Below, one piece after another: positions 31,804 to 40,967 of a stretch of DNA of 64,000 bases. The stretch lies in the NCBI GenBank assembly GCA_963785725.1, contig CAWAWS010000039.1, forward strand, positions 160,001 through 224,000, in the 5' to 3' direction. Numbering within the stretch: the stretch's first letter is position 1; the number at the start of each line of letters is the position of its first letter. The notes beneath the pieces were generated by a model that saw only the letters and a program-made list of their open reading frames with translations, ran no database searches and was not told the DNA's origin. The stretch is from an uncultured delta proteobacterium (GTDB lineage: Bacteria; Myxococcota_A; Polyangia; Palsa-1104). A program made the translations under genes and the position numbers.

Positions 31804-32744
31804 CCCGTCACCTTGCCGCGGCCGGTCGACTTGCCGATCTGCAGCTCCATCCCTTCGGCGGCGGCGACGAGATCGAGATCGGGCGTCTCTTTGCGATGAT
31901 GAGCCAACAGCGCGTCGATCTGATCGTCGGTGCGCTCGGGCGCGTGATGAAAGAGCACGACGCACTTGGCGCCCGCCGCGCGCGAGATCTCGATCGCATC
32001 CTCGGGACACGAGTGGCCCCAATGCGGCTTGGCGCGATATTCCTCGGGCGTGAACTGCGTGTCGTAGATGACGAGATCGGCGCCTTCGCACAGCCGCACG
32101 ACGCCATCGCGCATCGCCTGCAGCTTGGCCGCGTCTTCGGCTTTGAGCGGCTCGCCCGGCTGCGGCGGCTGGCGAATGTATTCCTGCTCGATGAGGATGT
32201 CCTTGAACGGCGCCGTATCCGTCACGTAGGCCACCGACGCGCCGTCGCAGTCGAGCCGATAGGCCATCGCGATCCACGGATGGTTCAGCCGCGTGCACGA
32301 CACCTTGACCGGCCCGATCTCGAACTTCGCGCCTTCGACGAGCTCACGAAAGGCGACATCCGCCTGCACGTTGTCGAACGGCACCGGAAAATAGGGCGAA
32401 TCGGTCTGCGTCGCGAACACGGCGCGCAGATGGGTGTCGTCGCGCTGCCGGGCGTAGACGAAGAATTTGTTGCCGCGCTGATACATGGGCGCGAAGAACG
32501 GCAGCCCTTGAATGTGATCCCAGTGCGTGTGGCTGACGAGCAGGTGCGAGGTGCCGTCGCCCTCGCCGAAGCTCGACTGCATCATCTCTTTGCCGAGCTT
32601 GCGCAGGCCGGTGCCGGCGTCGATGATGATGTGCGGGCCGCCGTCGGTCTGCACCTCGACGCAGGAAGTGTTGCCGCCGTAACGGTTCGTCTCCGGTCCA
32701 GGCACCGGGTAGGAACCGCGCACCCCCCAAAAGCGCACCTTCAC
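31794..32744 (-). CDS. MBL-fold metallo-hydrolase (phosphodiesterase-like), paralog of the neighbouring gene
   Basis: FWGVRGSYP, YGGNTSCVE, SHTHWDHIQG, HWGHS and LFHHAP. Confidence 0.92.
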   Translation of the reverse strand: MKVRFWGVRGSYPVPGPETNRYGGNTSCVEVQTDGGPHIIIDAGTGLRKLGKEMMQSSFGEGDGTSHLLVSHTHWDHIQGLPFFAPMYQRGNKFFVYARQRDDTHLRAVFATQTDSPYFPVPFDNVQADVAFRELVEGAKFEIGPVKVSCTRLNHPWIAMAYRLDCDGASVAYVTDTAPFKDILIEQEYIRQPPQPGEPLKAEDAAKLQAMRDGVVRLCEGADLVIYDTQFTPEEYRAKPHWGHSCPEDAIEISRAAGAKCVVLFHHAPERTDDQIDALLAHHRKETPDLDLVAAAEGMELQIGKSTGRGKVTGWR

Positions 32745-32916
32745 GGGTCGACGGTAACACGCACGGAATCAAAGATCCACGATGCCCCAGCGACGCGGCC
32801 GCGGCTGGAGCGGCGGGCACGGCGGCGAACGGCCGGCCAGACGTGCCGACGGAGCGCACGTCGTCTCGCCGGGACGAACGCCGACGGCGACGTTCGTCGG
32901 ACCGAAACCGGTGCGC

Positions 32917-33366
32917 TTAGAATTGCTTCTTGGAATCGAGCAGCAACGTGACCGGGCCGTCGTTGACCAGCTCGACCTGCATCATCGCGCGGAAGCGCCC
33001 GGTCTCGACCGGCACGCCCGTCGCTCGCGCCGCCGCCACGACTTTATCGTAGAGCAGCTCCGCCGGCTGCGGTGGCATCGCCTTGATGAACGACGGTCGC
33101 CGTCCCTTGCGCGCATCACCGTACAGCGTGAACTGGCTCACCAGCAGCAAGGCGCCGCCGACGTCGACGACGGAGCGGTTCATGTTGCCTTCGTCGTCGC
33201 CGAAGATGCGCAAGCCGACGATCTTGTCGACGGTGTAGCGCACGTCCTCGTCGCCGTCGTCGTCGGCGGCAGCGACGAGCACCAGCAAGCCGGCCCCGAT
33301 TTTCCCGATGAGCTCGTCGCCGACTCGGACCTCGGCGCGAAGGACACGCTGCACGACCGCTCGCAC
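32917..33366 (-). CDS. dtd: D-aminoacyl-tRNA deacylase
   Basis: MRAVVQRV, VSQFTLYG and LVNDGPVT. Confidence 0.97.
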   Translation of the reverse strand: MRAVVQRVLRAEVRVGDELIGKIGAGLLVLVAAADDDGDEDVRYTVDKIVGLRIFGDDEGNMNRSVVDVGGALLLVSQFTLYGDARKGRRPSFIKAMPPQPAELLYDKVVAAARATGVPVETGRFRAMMQVELVNDGPVTLLLDSKKQF

Positions 33367-33596
33367 CGCGCTCTGATAGCACTCCGCTCCGATCTGCTCA
33401 ACCGATCACACGGGCCCGTCGTCGCCGGGGGCGAAAGTGTCGATGATTTCGTACAAGATCCGGCGATTACGCCGCATCCGCCTGCCCGCGCTGGCTCTTT
33501 TGCGCCACAAAGTCGCGCTGATGTCGCGTTTTTCGTACGCTGAGATGGTGACCCATCAGGCAACCCGCGCCGTCGTTCACGCGACCAAACGTGGTC

Positions 33597-33625
33597 TTGC
33601 GCCGCCCAATACCCGCGTCTATAGT
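33597..33625 (+). promoter_or_regulatory. Sigma70-type promoter TTGCGC-N17-TATAGT
   Basis: Exact 17-nt spacing; ends 10 nt before ATG 33636. Confidence 0.55.
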
Positions 33626-33635
33626 GCGCCCCCTG

Positions 33636-34208
33636 ATGTGGCGAGCCGTACCACTCGTCGCTTTGCTGTTGATCGCCGGTTGCGGCCACAACATCGGCGA
33701 CCCCTGCACCACCAACGTCGACTGCAACCCCCAGGGCGATCGCTTCTGCGATACCGCCTCGCTCAACGGCTACTGCACCCAAGAAAACTGCGACTACGAC
33801 AGCTGCCCGGGCGACTCGGTCTGCGTCCGCTTCTTCACGCCGCTCGAGGACGAAGTCTGCGACCCGCGCGACGAGCCCGTTGGCCCGCTCTGTCCCATCG
33901 ACGAGCGCTGCGTCTGCGACGACACCACGAACGGCAAGTGCACCACGCAAGCTACGCTGGAGACGCTGGTCGGCGACATGGAAGTACCCGTCCTGAGCGA
34001 CGGTGGCGCCATCGAGGATGTCGGCGGCCACTGCGCGCCGACCGCCTCCGAGCATCGCTGGTGCATGAAGCGCTGCGCTCACAACGGCGACTGCCGCGAA
34101 GGCTATCAGTGCCGCGAAACCGGCACGTTCGGCGCCGAGGGCCTCGCGACCTTCGACATGGGCGACGTCACCTCCAAGTTCTGCGCGCCCACCGGCATCA
34201 CCAACTGA
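33636..34208 (+). CDS. Cys-rich lipoprotein of unknown function
   Basis: Lipobox LIAGC; 18 further Cys in 190 aa. Confidence 0.85.
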   Translation: MWRAVPLVALLLIAGCGHNIGDPCTTNVDCNPQGDRFCDTASLNGYCTQENCDYDSCPGDSVCVRFFTPLEDEVCDPRDEPVGPLCPIDERCVCDDTTNGKCTTQATLETLVGDMEVPVLSDGGAIEDVGGHCAPTASEHRWCMKRCAHNGDCREGYQCRETGTFGAEGLATFDMGDVTSKFCAPTGITN

Positions 34209-34217
34209 AGCGTCCTC

Positions 34218-35147
34218 ATGCGCGGTAGCTTCATTCGCCGCCGCCTCGTCTCCAGCTTCAGCGCCATCTTCGGCGTCTCGATTCTCGTATTCCTGCTCGT
34301 CCATCTCATTCCCGGCGATCCGATCGACAACTTGCTCGGCGAGCGCGCCGATCCGATCGACAAGATCGAGATGCGCCGCTGCATGGATCTCGATCAGCCG
34401 CTCATCATTCAGTTCGGCCGCTTCCTCAAGAACGTTGGCGACGGCACCCTCGGCCACACCTGTCCCGATCAGCGTCGCACCGTCTCGTCGCTCATCGCCG
34501 AGGCGCTGCCGTCGACCATCGCGCTGGCCACCGCGGCCATGGTCGTCGCGCTCATCCTGGCGCTGCCGCTCGGCATGGTCGCCGCGCTGCGACCACGCAG
34601 CGGCCTCGACGCGGCGGCCACCGCCATCTCGCTCGCCGGTATCTCCATGCCCGCGATGTGGCTCGGCCCACTCTTGCTCGCCATCTTCTATGTCGGCTTG
34701 CAATGGCTGCCGGGTCCCGCCGATCAGACCGGCTTGGCGACGCTGATCTTGCCCGCCATCATGCTCGGCACGCACCTCATGGCCATGCTGGCGCGCATGA
34801 CTCGCTCGTCGCTGCTCGAGGTGCTCGGCGAAGATTACGTCCGCACGGCGCGCGCCAAAGGTCTGTCGTCGACCGCCGTCGTCCTCCGCCACGCGCTGCG
34901 CAACGCGCTCGTCCCCGTCATCACCGTCGCCGGCATACAGTTCGGCTCGCTGCTCGCCGGCGCCGTCGTCACCGAAAAAGTGTTCGCGCGACCCGGCATC
35001 GGCACGCTGCTCTTGGAGGCGATCTCGCAGCGCAACTATCGCGTCGTGCAAGGCTGCACGCTGGTCATCGCCGTCAGCTACGTGACGGTGAACCTGCTCG
35101 TCGATCTCGCGTATGGGCTGGCCGATCCGCGGATTCGCGTGCAATGA
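34218..35147 (+). CDS. dppB: Peptide/nickel ABC transporter permease (DppB/OppB)
   Basis: [35 protein letters not shown] and DPRIR. Confidence 0.93.
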   Translation: MRGSFIRRRLVSSFSAIFGVSILVFLLVHLIPGDPIDNLLGERADPIDKIEMRRCMDLDQPLIIQFGRFLKNVGDGTLGHTCPDQRRTVSSLIAEALPSTIALATAAMVVALILALPLGMVAALRPRSGLDAAATAISLAGISMPAMWLGPLLLAIFYVGLQWLPGPADQTGLATLILPAIMLGTHLMAMLARMTRSSLLEVLGEDYVRTARAKGLSSTAVVLRHALRNALVPVITVAGIQFGSLLAGAVVTEKVFARPGIGTLLLEAISQRNYRVVQGCTLVIAVSYVTVNLLVDLAYGLADPRIRVQ

Positions 35148-35971
35148 AGCGCCTCCTTTCACAGATGGGTATCGGCGCTTTCTTAGGAATGTTGCTACTC
35201 GCGCTGTTTTTCTTAGCGGCGCTCATCGGACCGTGGATCGCGCCCTATGATCCGGAAGCGCAGAACCTGGCGCACCTGCTCGAGCATGCGAGCCGCGCGC
35301 ATTGGCTCGGCACCGACGAGAACGGCTGCGACGTCCTGTCGCAGCTGCTCTTCGGCGCGCGCCTCGCCGCCGGCATTTCGCTGGCCATCGTCGCGCTGTG
35401 CCTCGTCATCGGTATCGCGGTCGGCACGATCGCCGGCTATTTCGGCGGGCTCATCGACGAGACGATCATGCGCGTCGTCGATGTCCTGCTCGCTTTCCCC
35501 GGCATCCTCCTCAACCTCGCCATCGTCGCCATTGTCCCTTCGGCGGGCGTCGGCGTGTTCATCTTCGCCATCACCATTAATGGTTGGGTCGGCTACGCCC
35601 GTGTCGCGCGCGGCCAAGTGCTGCAAGTCCGCGAACGCGAGTACGTGCAGGCCGCGCGCGCGATCGGCGCGTCGTCGTGGCGGATCATGCTGCGCCACGT
35701 GGTCCCCAATTCGTTGTCGCCCTTGATCGTGCAAGCGACGTTCGGCTTCGCGGGCGTGATCCTGGTCGAAGCGAGCCTGGCGTTTCTCGGGATCGGCCGG
35801 CTGCACACGTACAGCTGGGGCGCGCTGCTGTCGCAAGGCACGACGTATCTGTGGCGGACGCAGCACCTGGCGATGGCGCCGGGCATCGCGATCGCGCTCG
35901 TCGTCCTCGGCTGCAACTTGGTCGGCGACGGCCTTCGCGATCGCTTCGACCCGCGCCGCATCACCCGCTGA
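35144..35971 (+). CDS. dppC: Peptide/nickel ABC transporter permease (DppC/OppC)
   Basis: HWLGTD, EAA motif [17 protein letters not shown] and [14 protein letters not shown] overlap with dppB. Confidence 0.93.
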   Translation: MKRLLSQMGIGAFLGMLLLALFFLAALIGPWIAPYDPEAQNLAHLLEHASRAHWLGTDENGCDVLSQLLFGARLAAGISLAIVALCLVIGIAVGTIAGYFGGLIDETIMRVVDVLLAFPGILLNLAIVAIVPSAGVGVFIFAITINGWVGYARVARGQVLQVREREYVQAARAIGASSWRIMLRHVVPNSLSPLIVQATFGFAGVILVEASLAFLGIGRLHTYSWGALLSQGTTYLWRTQHLAMAPGIAIALVVLGCNLVGDGLRDRFDPRRITR

Positions 35972-36047
35972 TCGCCGCGCGCGCGGTTGGCGATGCCGCC
36001 GTCGCGCGTGGGCAGCAGGCGCTCGCTCGCTCGGCAAGCGGGCCCAC

Positions 36048-36063
36048 TGGCCTGAAGCGTGCA
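36048..36063 (+). promoter_or_regulatory. Putative sigma54 promoter TGGCCTGAAGCGTGCA
   Basis: GG-N10-GC spacing, about 23 nt before ATG 36086. Confidence 0.5.
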
Positions 36064-36085
36064 GCCTCTCTGCTCAACGGGATCG

Positions 36086-36271
36086 ATGCGAACGGTGCTC
36101 ATACTGCCGCTGCTCGTGACCTTCGGATGCGCCCATCACCAAGCGGACCTGGCGCAACGTCCGAAGCATGCTGAGCCGGCGAGTGACTTCGGCCGCAGCG
36201 TGCGCCCGGCGACTCCGCCGAGCACGCCGTGGCGATCGCCCGAGCCCATCGCACCCTCGCCGATCCAATAG
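36086..36271 (+). CDS. Small putative lipoprotein (61 aa)
   Basis: Signal and lipobox MRTVLILPLLVTFGC; Pro-rich tail. Confidence 0.6.
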   Translation: MRTVLILPLLVTFGCAHHQADLAQRPKHAEPASDFGRSVRPATPPSTPWRSPEPIAPSPIQ

Positions 36272-36282
36272 GAGGAGACGGA

Positions 36283-36564
36283 ATGTCGAAACGTGTGTGG
36301 CTCGCAGGTGCATTGGGACTGTTGGTCGCCGGTTGCGCGACGTCCGAGGAGACGGCGCAGCGCGCGCAGATTCATGATCAGCGGGCCCGTCAAGCGGCGG
36401 CTTACGAAGACTACGATCGCGCGGCGCAAGAGAAGCATGAAGCGGATCGACTGCGCGCCAAAGCGGCCGAGGAGCGCAGCCAGGAGAATTATGGCGAGCC
36501 GGTGCCGCCGCCGCCGCCGGCCGTTCCGCCCGACTACATGCCGCCGCCGCCGCCCGCCGAGTAG
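36283..36564 (+). CDS. Small putative lipoprotein (93 aa), helical with Pro-rich tail
   Basis: Strong RBS AGGAGGAG; lipobox LVAGC. Confidence 0.8.
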   Translation: MSKRVWLAGALGLLVAGCATSEETAQRAQIHDQRARQAAAYEDYDRAAQEKHEADRLRAKAAEERSQENYGEPVPPPPPAVPPDYMPPPPPAE

Positions 36565-37538
36565 ACATTCGGGATCGGCAGATTTCCGATTCGCCCGCCG
36601 AGCGAGACGGTCTCGACCCATTGCATGATCGGCGGCGGCGATTGCGTGCGCCCGGCGAAGACGTCTTCGACCACGCGCTCGAAGTCTTCGACCATCTGCG
36701 CCACGAACACCGCGCCGGCTTCGGCCGTCGCGCGATGCGGCCGGCCCGTGTAACCCGGGAATGGCCGCAGCGAATTCCAGCCGACGCCCGCGGCCGCGAA
36801 CGTCAGCTCGCGCGCCAGCCGATCGGCGCCCGCGGCGCTCGCGAGCTTCGCCGCCAACGCGAACTTCGCGTCCGGCCGAACGTCGGCACAAGGCGGCAGC
36901 GATCGATAATCGGGCGCGACCGAATCGGGCGCGTAATGCAGCGCCATCGAGGTCTCGAAGAAGCCGGCGTGAAAATCGAGCGCCAACGTCGCCATCATCT
37001 GTTCGCGCTCGTTCGCGTCTTCGATGTGCGCGAAGGCCGCCGCGTACTTCGCCGGGTCGACCGTCAACATCTCCTGCAGCACGATATTGAACGGCGCCAC
37101 CGCGCGCACGCCCGCCTCCGTGAGCAGTTGCACGCCCGCTTCGATCGCCAGGTTGTGCAGCGGCGCGCCATGAAACGTCATGATCACGACTTTGCTGGCG
37201 CCGAGCTCGACCAGCGCCCGACAGGCCTCGAGCACGAGATTGCGCGCGACCAAATAAGGTGTGCGTCGCGTGCCCGGGCCGGGACACGGCTCGACGCCAA
37301 CTTCGAGATCGGCGGCCATGAGCAGTGGCCAATCGTGACGCGCGCGTAGTCGATCGTGAAGCTCGCGCACGATGCCGAGGCTGACCAGCCGATCGTTGTG
37401 CAGCGACAAATGCGGCCCATGATATTCGACCGGATTGACCGTCAAGTAGACGGGCGCACCCGTACGAACCAACCGTTGGGCTTCCTGATGCGGCACATCG
37501 AGCAGCGAGATCATCGTGTCATCCTCGGGCTGGCTCAT
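36534..37538 (-). CDS. Creatininase/MftE family amidohydrolase
   Basis: VEYHGPHLSLHND, FHGAPLHN and DFHAGFFETS; ATGA overlap with the upstream gene. Confidence 0.85.
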   Translation of the reverse strand: MSQPEDDTMISLLDVPHQEAQRLVRTGAPVYLTVNPVEYHGPHLSLHNDRLVSLGIVRELHDRLRARHDWPLLMAADLEVGVEPCPGPGTRRTPYLVARNLVLEACRALVELGASKVVIMTFHGAPLHNLAIEAGVQLLTEAGVRAVAPFNIVLQEMLTVDPAKYAAAFAHIEDANEREQMMATLALDFHAGFFETSMALHYAPDSVAPDYRSLPPCADVRPDAKFALAAKLASAAGADRLARELTFAAAGVGWNSLRPFPGYTGRPHRATAEAGAVFVAQMVEDFERVVEDVFAGRTQSPPPIMQWVETVSLGGRIGNLPIPNVYSAGGGGGM

Positions 37539-38398
37539 AGCGACACCGTGATGGGGTATTCGCCGGCGATCGTTCCCGGGCGCCAGCGCGAACGTGGAAT
37601 GGCGATGCGACCGCGACGTGGAAGTTGGCAAACCGAGACGAAGTCGTGCGCCTCGTCGTCCGCGTAGACGTGAAAGCCGCTGCGAATGACGCGAGGATTC
37701 GGCCACGCGTCGCCGGCCTCGACGGCTTCGGTCGCGTCGAGCACCTCCTCGACCTTCAGCGCCAGCGGTCGCTGCCCGTCTTCGCGCGGGACCTGATACG
37801 CGTTGACCAAGAACGCCGAGCGCGCGACGCCGGCTTGCAAGGCGCGCCCAAGCAATCGCGACGCGACCTTCTCGGCGCCATACGCGAAGTTCCCGAGCAC
37901 GACCAGCAGATCGCAGCGCAGCGCGACCGGCGATAGCTCGACGAACGCCATCAAGTCGGAACATATAATGAAGCGCGCCTCGATCAGATCTTCCTGCCAA
38001 TCGAGCCGCACGCGATTGATGCGCTGATAGGGCGCGACGCCGATGCCGTCTTCCATCTCGAACGCTTGCGGGCTCACCTTCGCCTGCGGAACGTGCACGA
38101 CACCGTGGCGCGTAAAGATGACGAGCGCGTTGTAGCGCAGCTCGGGATCGCGTCCCGGCAGATCTTCGTGCAGGTCGGGCGCTACGTTCAGCGTCGTCAC
38201 GATGTTGATGTCACGCGCTTGCGCCAGCGCGACGAGTCGGGCGAACGCGCGCCCCGAGCCGCTCGCCGTCCACGCGACATACTCCGGCAAGAACGCGGTC
38301 TCGCCAGCGGCGACTTGCTCGAGCGAGGCCACCGCGCGATCCCACATCTCCTCTTCGCTGCCGAGCTGGAGCGCCAATAAGTGGAAGTCGGAGATCAC
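37535..38398 (-). CDS. Divergent carbon-nitrogen hydrolase (nitrilase superfamily)
   Basis: Triad-like motifs FLPEY, QAKVSP and FIICSDL; YNALVIF. Confidence 0.7.
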   Translation of the reverse strand: MISDFHLLALQLGSEEEMWDRAVASLEQVAAGETAFLPEYVAWTASGSGRAFARLVALAQARDINIVTTLNVAPDLHEDLPGRDPELRYNALVIFTRHGVVHVPQAKVSPQAFEMEDGIGVAPYQRINRVRLDWQEDLIEARFIICSDLMAFVELSPVALRCDLLVVLGNFAYGAEKVASRLLGRALQAGVARSAFLVNAYQVPREDGQRPLALKVEEVLDATEAVEAGDAWPNPRVIRSGFHVYADDEAHDFVSVCQLPRRGRIAIPRSRWRPGTIAGEYPITVSL

Positions 38399-38955
38399 GT
38401 GGCACCGCGTCGCCGATCCGGTAACCGGACGGCGCTCGAACGGTGCGTGCTGACGCCACCGTCGCGGTTTCGTTGTTCCTTCGGAAGACGTGCGGGAAAC
38501 CGAGACGGCGCGTGAGGCATGTACGTCGCTGGATGATCTGGCGGCGGGGAAGGCGAGTCAAGCCTGGGCGCCGGAGTGGCTGGGCACGCCGGGCTCGGCG
38601 CTGACGCTCACCGAGGCAGCGAATGCAGCGCGCGGGCGCCGAACGGCCACAGCAGCACGAGGCCGAGCCCGAGCCACGACGATCGCGGCAGTACCGAGAT
38701 GGCGAGGCGGCGACACGCCCTCGGCCGAGCCGCGCGATCGGCCATGCGGCCGATTCCGGCAGCGACGCGGGGCCGACGATCGAGCCGAGCCCGAAGCGCA
38801 CGATATAAGTAATGCGCGCGCGCCCAGTCGAATGCGGCGGCGGCGATTTACTCGCAGGAATTCGCAGCTTTTGCGTCTGGCGCGACCACCTGGCAGAAGT
38901 GCCGAGAGTGCTTATCGAAGCCGTGAGGCGCGCGCGTACGCGGTCGGAAGCGGAA

Positions 38956-38969
38956 TGAATGACCATTCA
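38956..38969. promoter_or_regulatory. Inverted repeat TGAATG-AC-CATTCA upstream of the aceB -35 (TTGACG)
   Basis: Perfect 6-bp arms, AT-rich, next to the promoter of the glyoxylate-shunt genes. Confidence 0.5.
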
Positions 38970-39030
38970 GTTTCGCCTTGACGCACGGCGTCGTTCTCGC
39001 CACTGTTGCGATCGAACGATCGGAGGCTGA

Positions 39031-40920
39031 ATGGCCACTCGTCGACTGTACCTGCGTGATGGGCTCGTTCCGAGCTACGAAGACGTCCTGACGCCGGAGG
39101 TGCTCGCGGCGCTGGAAGCGATCGCCCACTTCAACGGCGAGCGTCAGCGCATCCTCGCCGAGCGCAGCGCGCGACGTGCCGCTCGCTTCCGCGAGCATCG
39201 CCGCATCGAGTTCCTCGACGCCCACGCGACCATCCCGCGCACGCAAATCACCGTCGCCGATGCGCGTGCGGGCAAGTTCGTCGGCTCGACGATTCCCGGC
39301 GATCTGCAGCGCCAGTGGATTCAGGGCACCGGCCCGGCGGCGCGACCGCGCGCCAGCGTCGAGCAGAGCCTGCGCAACGTGGCCTACGCGCTCTTGTCGG
39401 GCGCCGACGGCTGGATGTTCGACGGTGAGGACGCGCTCGGCCAAGTGTCGACGATGTCGCTCGACAATCAGCGATGTCTCAAGCTGGCGTTCGCGCGTTC
39501 GGCGACGTTTCTCGCCGTCGCCGAGCAGGTGGCTCACGAGATGAACGGCTGGGCCAAAGGCTTCCTCGGCCGCGCGACCATCGCCGATTGGAAGCAGCAG
39601 CTCGACTTCACGACGCGCATCTTCCGCGCCCGCGGCCTCCACCTCGACGACCGCCACATCCGCGACCGCGACGGCTCGGGCTTCTCGGCCTCGATCGTCG
39701 ACGCCGCCATCTACGTCGTCAACAATCACGCGACGCTGCGCCAAGAAGGGCGCTCGCTGGTCCTCTATTTGCCGAAGATTCAGACGGCCGAAGAGGCGGC
39801 GCTGTGGAACGACATCCTCGGCGCGCTCGAAGGTCATGTCGGCCTGCCGACGGGCACGATCAAGACCTACGTCCTCGTCGAGCAGCTCGAGGCGTCGTAT
39901 CAGCTCATGGAGATCCGCGCCGCGCTGGCGCCACGCTTCGTCGGCTTCAACACCGGCCGTTGGGACTACATCAACGCCGTGTCCGACGCGATGGCGTGGG
40001 ATCCGGCGTTCGTCAATCCCAACATCGACGCCATCACGATGACGTATGGCTACATGCGGAACTACGAGGACCGCGTGCGCCGCGCGGTCAATACGCCCGA
40101 CGCCAAAGGACAGTTCGCGCTCTGGCAAGGCGGCATGGAGCCCAACATCCCGGTCGGCAGCGAGAAGGGCGTCGCCGAGGCGATGAAGCGCGCCGTGGCC
40201 GGCGGCGAGCGCGAGCAAAAAGCCGGTGCGAGCGGCAAGTGGGTCGCGCACTGGAAGATGGTGCATATCGTGCGCCCCGTCTGGGAAAAAGCCGGCCAGG
40301 CGAACCAGCTGGGACGCGAGTTCCCGCCGTTGGAATACGCCAAAGCGGACGCCGAGGCATTGACGCTGCTCGAGCCCGCGCCGAGAACCGTGCGTGGTGC
40401 GCGTGATCTATTGAGCGTCGCCGTCCAGTACGGAAACGCGTTCGGGCGGGGATTCCAGGCGGCGGCGCTGAAGCCGGCCGACTTCTTCGGCAACGACGAC
40501 GTGCTGTACCTGATGGAAGACATGGCGACGGGCGAAATTCGCCTCTCGATCCTGTGGGAGTGGCTACACAAGCGGGCGGCGTTCACGGAGGACGACGCGG
40601 CCGCCGGCGTCAAAGCGGGAGAGCCGCTGACGAAGGCGCTGTTCGAGCGGCTCCTGGCCGAGGAGTACGCCAAGCTGCTGAAGGCGTCGAATCGCGACGT
40701 GCACGACGAGTCCAAGACGACGACGCTGCCGATCGCGCGCGAGATCGCCGACCGCTACGTCACGAGCGCGCTCAAGTCGCCCTGGTACGTCGATCTCTTG
40801 AACCTGAACTTGAACAACGAGGAGCTCGCGCGCGCCCGCCAACGCATCGGCGAGTACCTCGCGCGGCTGGAACGCGACGGGACGCGCATCACCGACAACC
40901 CCGACTTCGTCGTCGGCTGA
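39031..40920 (+). CDS. aceB: Malate synthase
   Basis: [26 protein letters not shown] and [19 protein letters not shown]. Confidence 0.93.
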   Translation: MATRRLYLRDGLVPSYEDVLTPEVLAALEAIAHFNGERQRILAERSARRAARFREHRRIEFLDAHATIPRTQITVADARAGKFVGSTIPGDLQRQWIQGTGPAARPRASVEQSLRNVAYALLSGADGWMFDGEDALGQVSTMSLDNQRCLKLAFARSATFLAVAEQVAHEMNGWAKGFLGRATIADWKQQLDFTTRIFRARGLHLDDRHIRDRDGSGFSASIVDAAIYVVNNHATLRQEGRSLVLYLPKIQTAEEAALWNDILGALEGHVGLPTGTIKTYVLVEQLEASYQLMEIRAALAPRFVGFNTGRWDYINAVSDAMAWDPAFVNPNIDAITMTYGYMRNYEDRVRRAVNTPDAKGQFALWQGGMEPNIPVGSEKGVAEAMKRAVAGGEREQKAGASGKWVAHWKMVHIVRPVWEKAGQANQLGREFPPLEYAKADAEALTLLEPAPRTVRGARDLLSVAVQYGNAFGRGFQAAALKPADFFGNDDVLYLMEDMATGEIRLSILWEWLHKRAAFTEDDAAAGVKAGEPLTKALFERLLAEEYAKLLKASNRDVHDESKTTTLPIAREIADRYVTSALKSPWYVDLLNLNLNNEELARARQRIGEYLARLERDGTRITDNPDFVVG

Positions 40921-40967
40921 ACGATAGAGACGTCCGACTAGGAACGCGCACCAAGGAGGCAGGTTCA

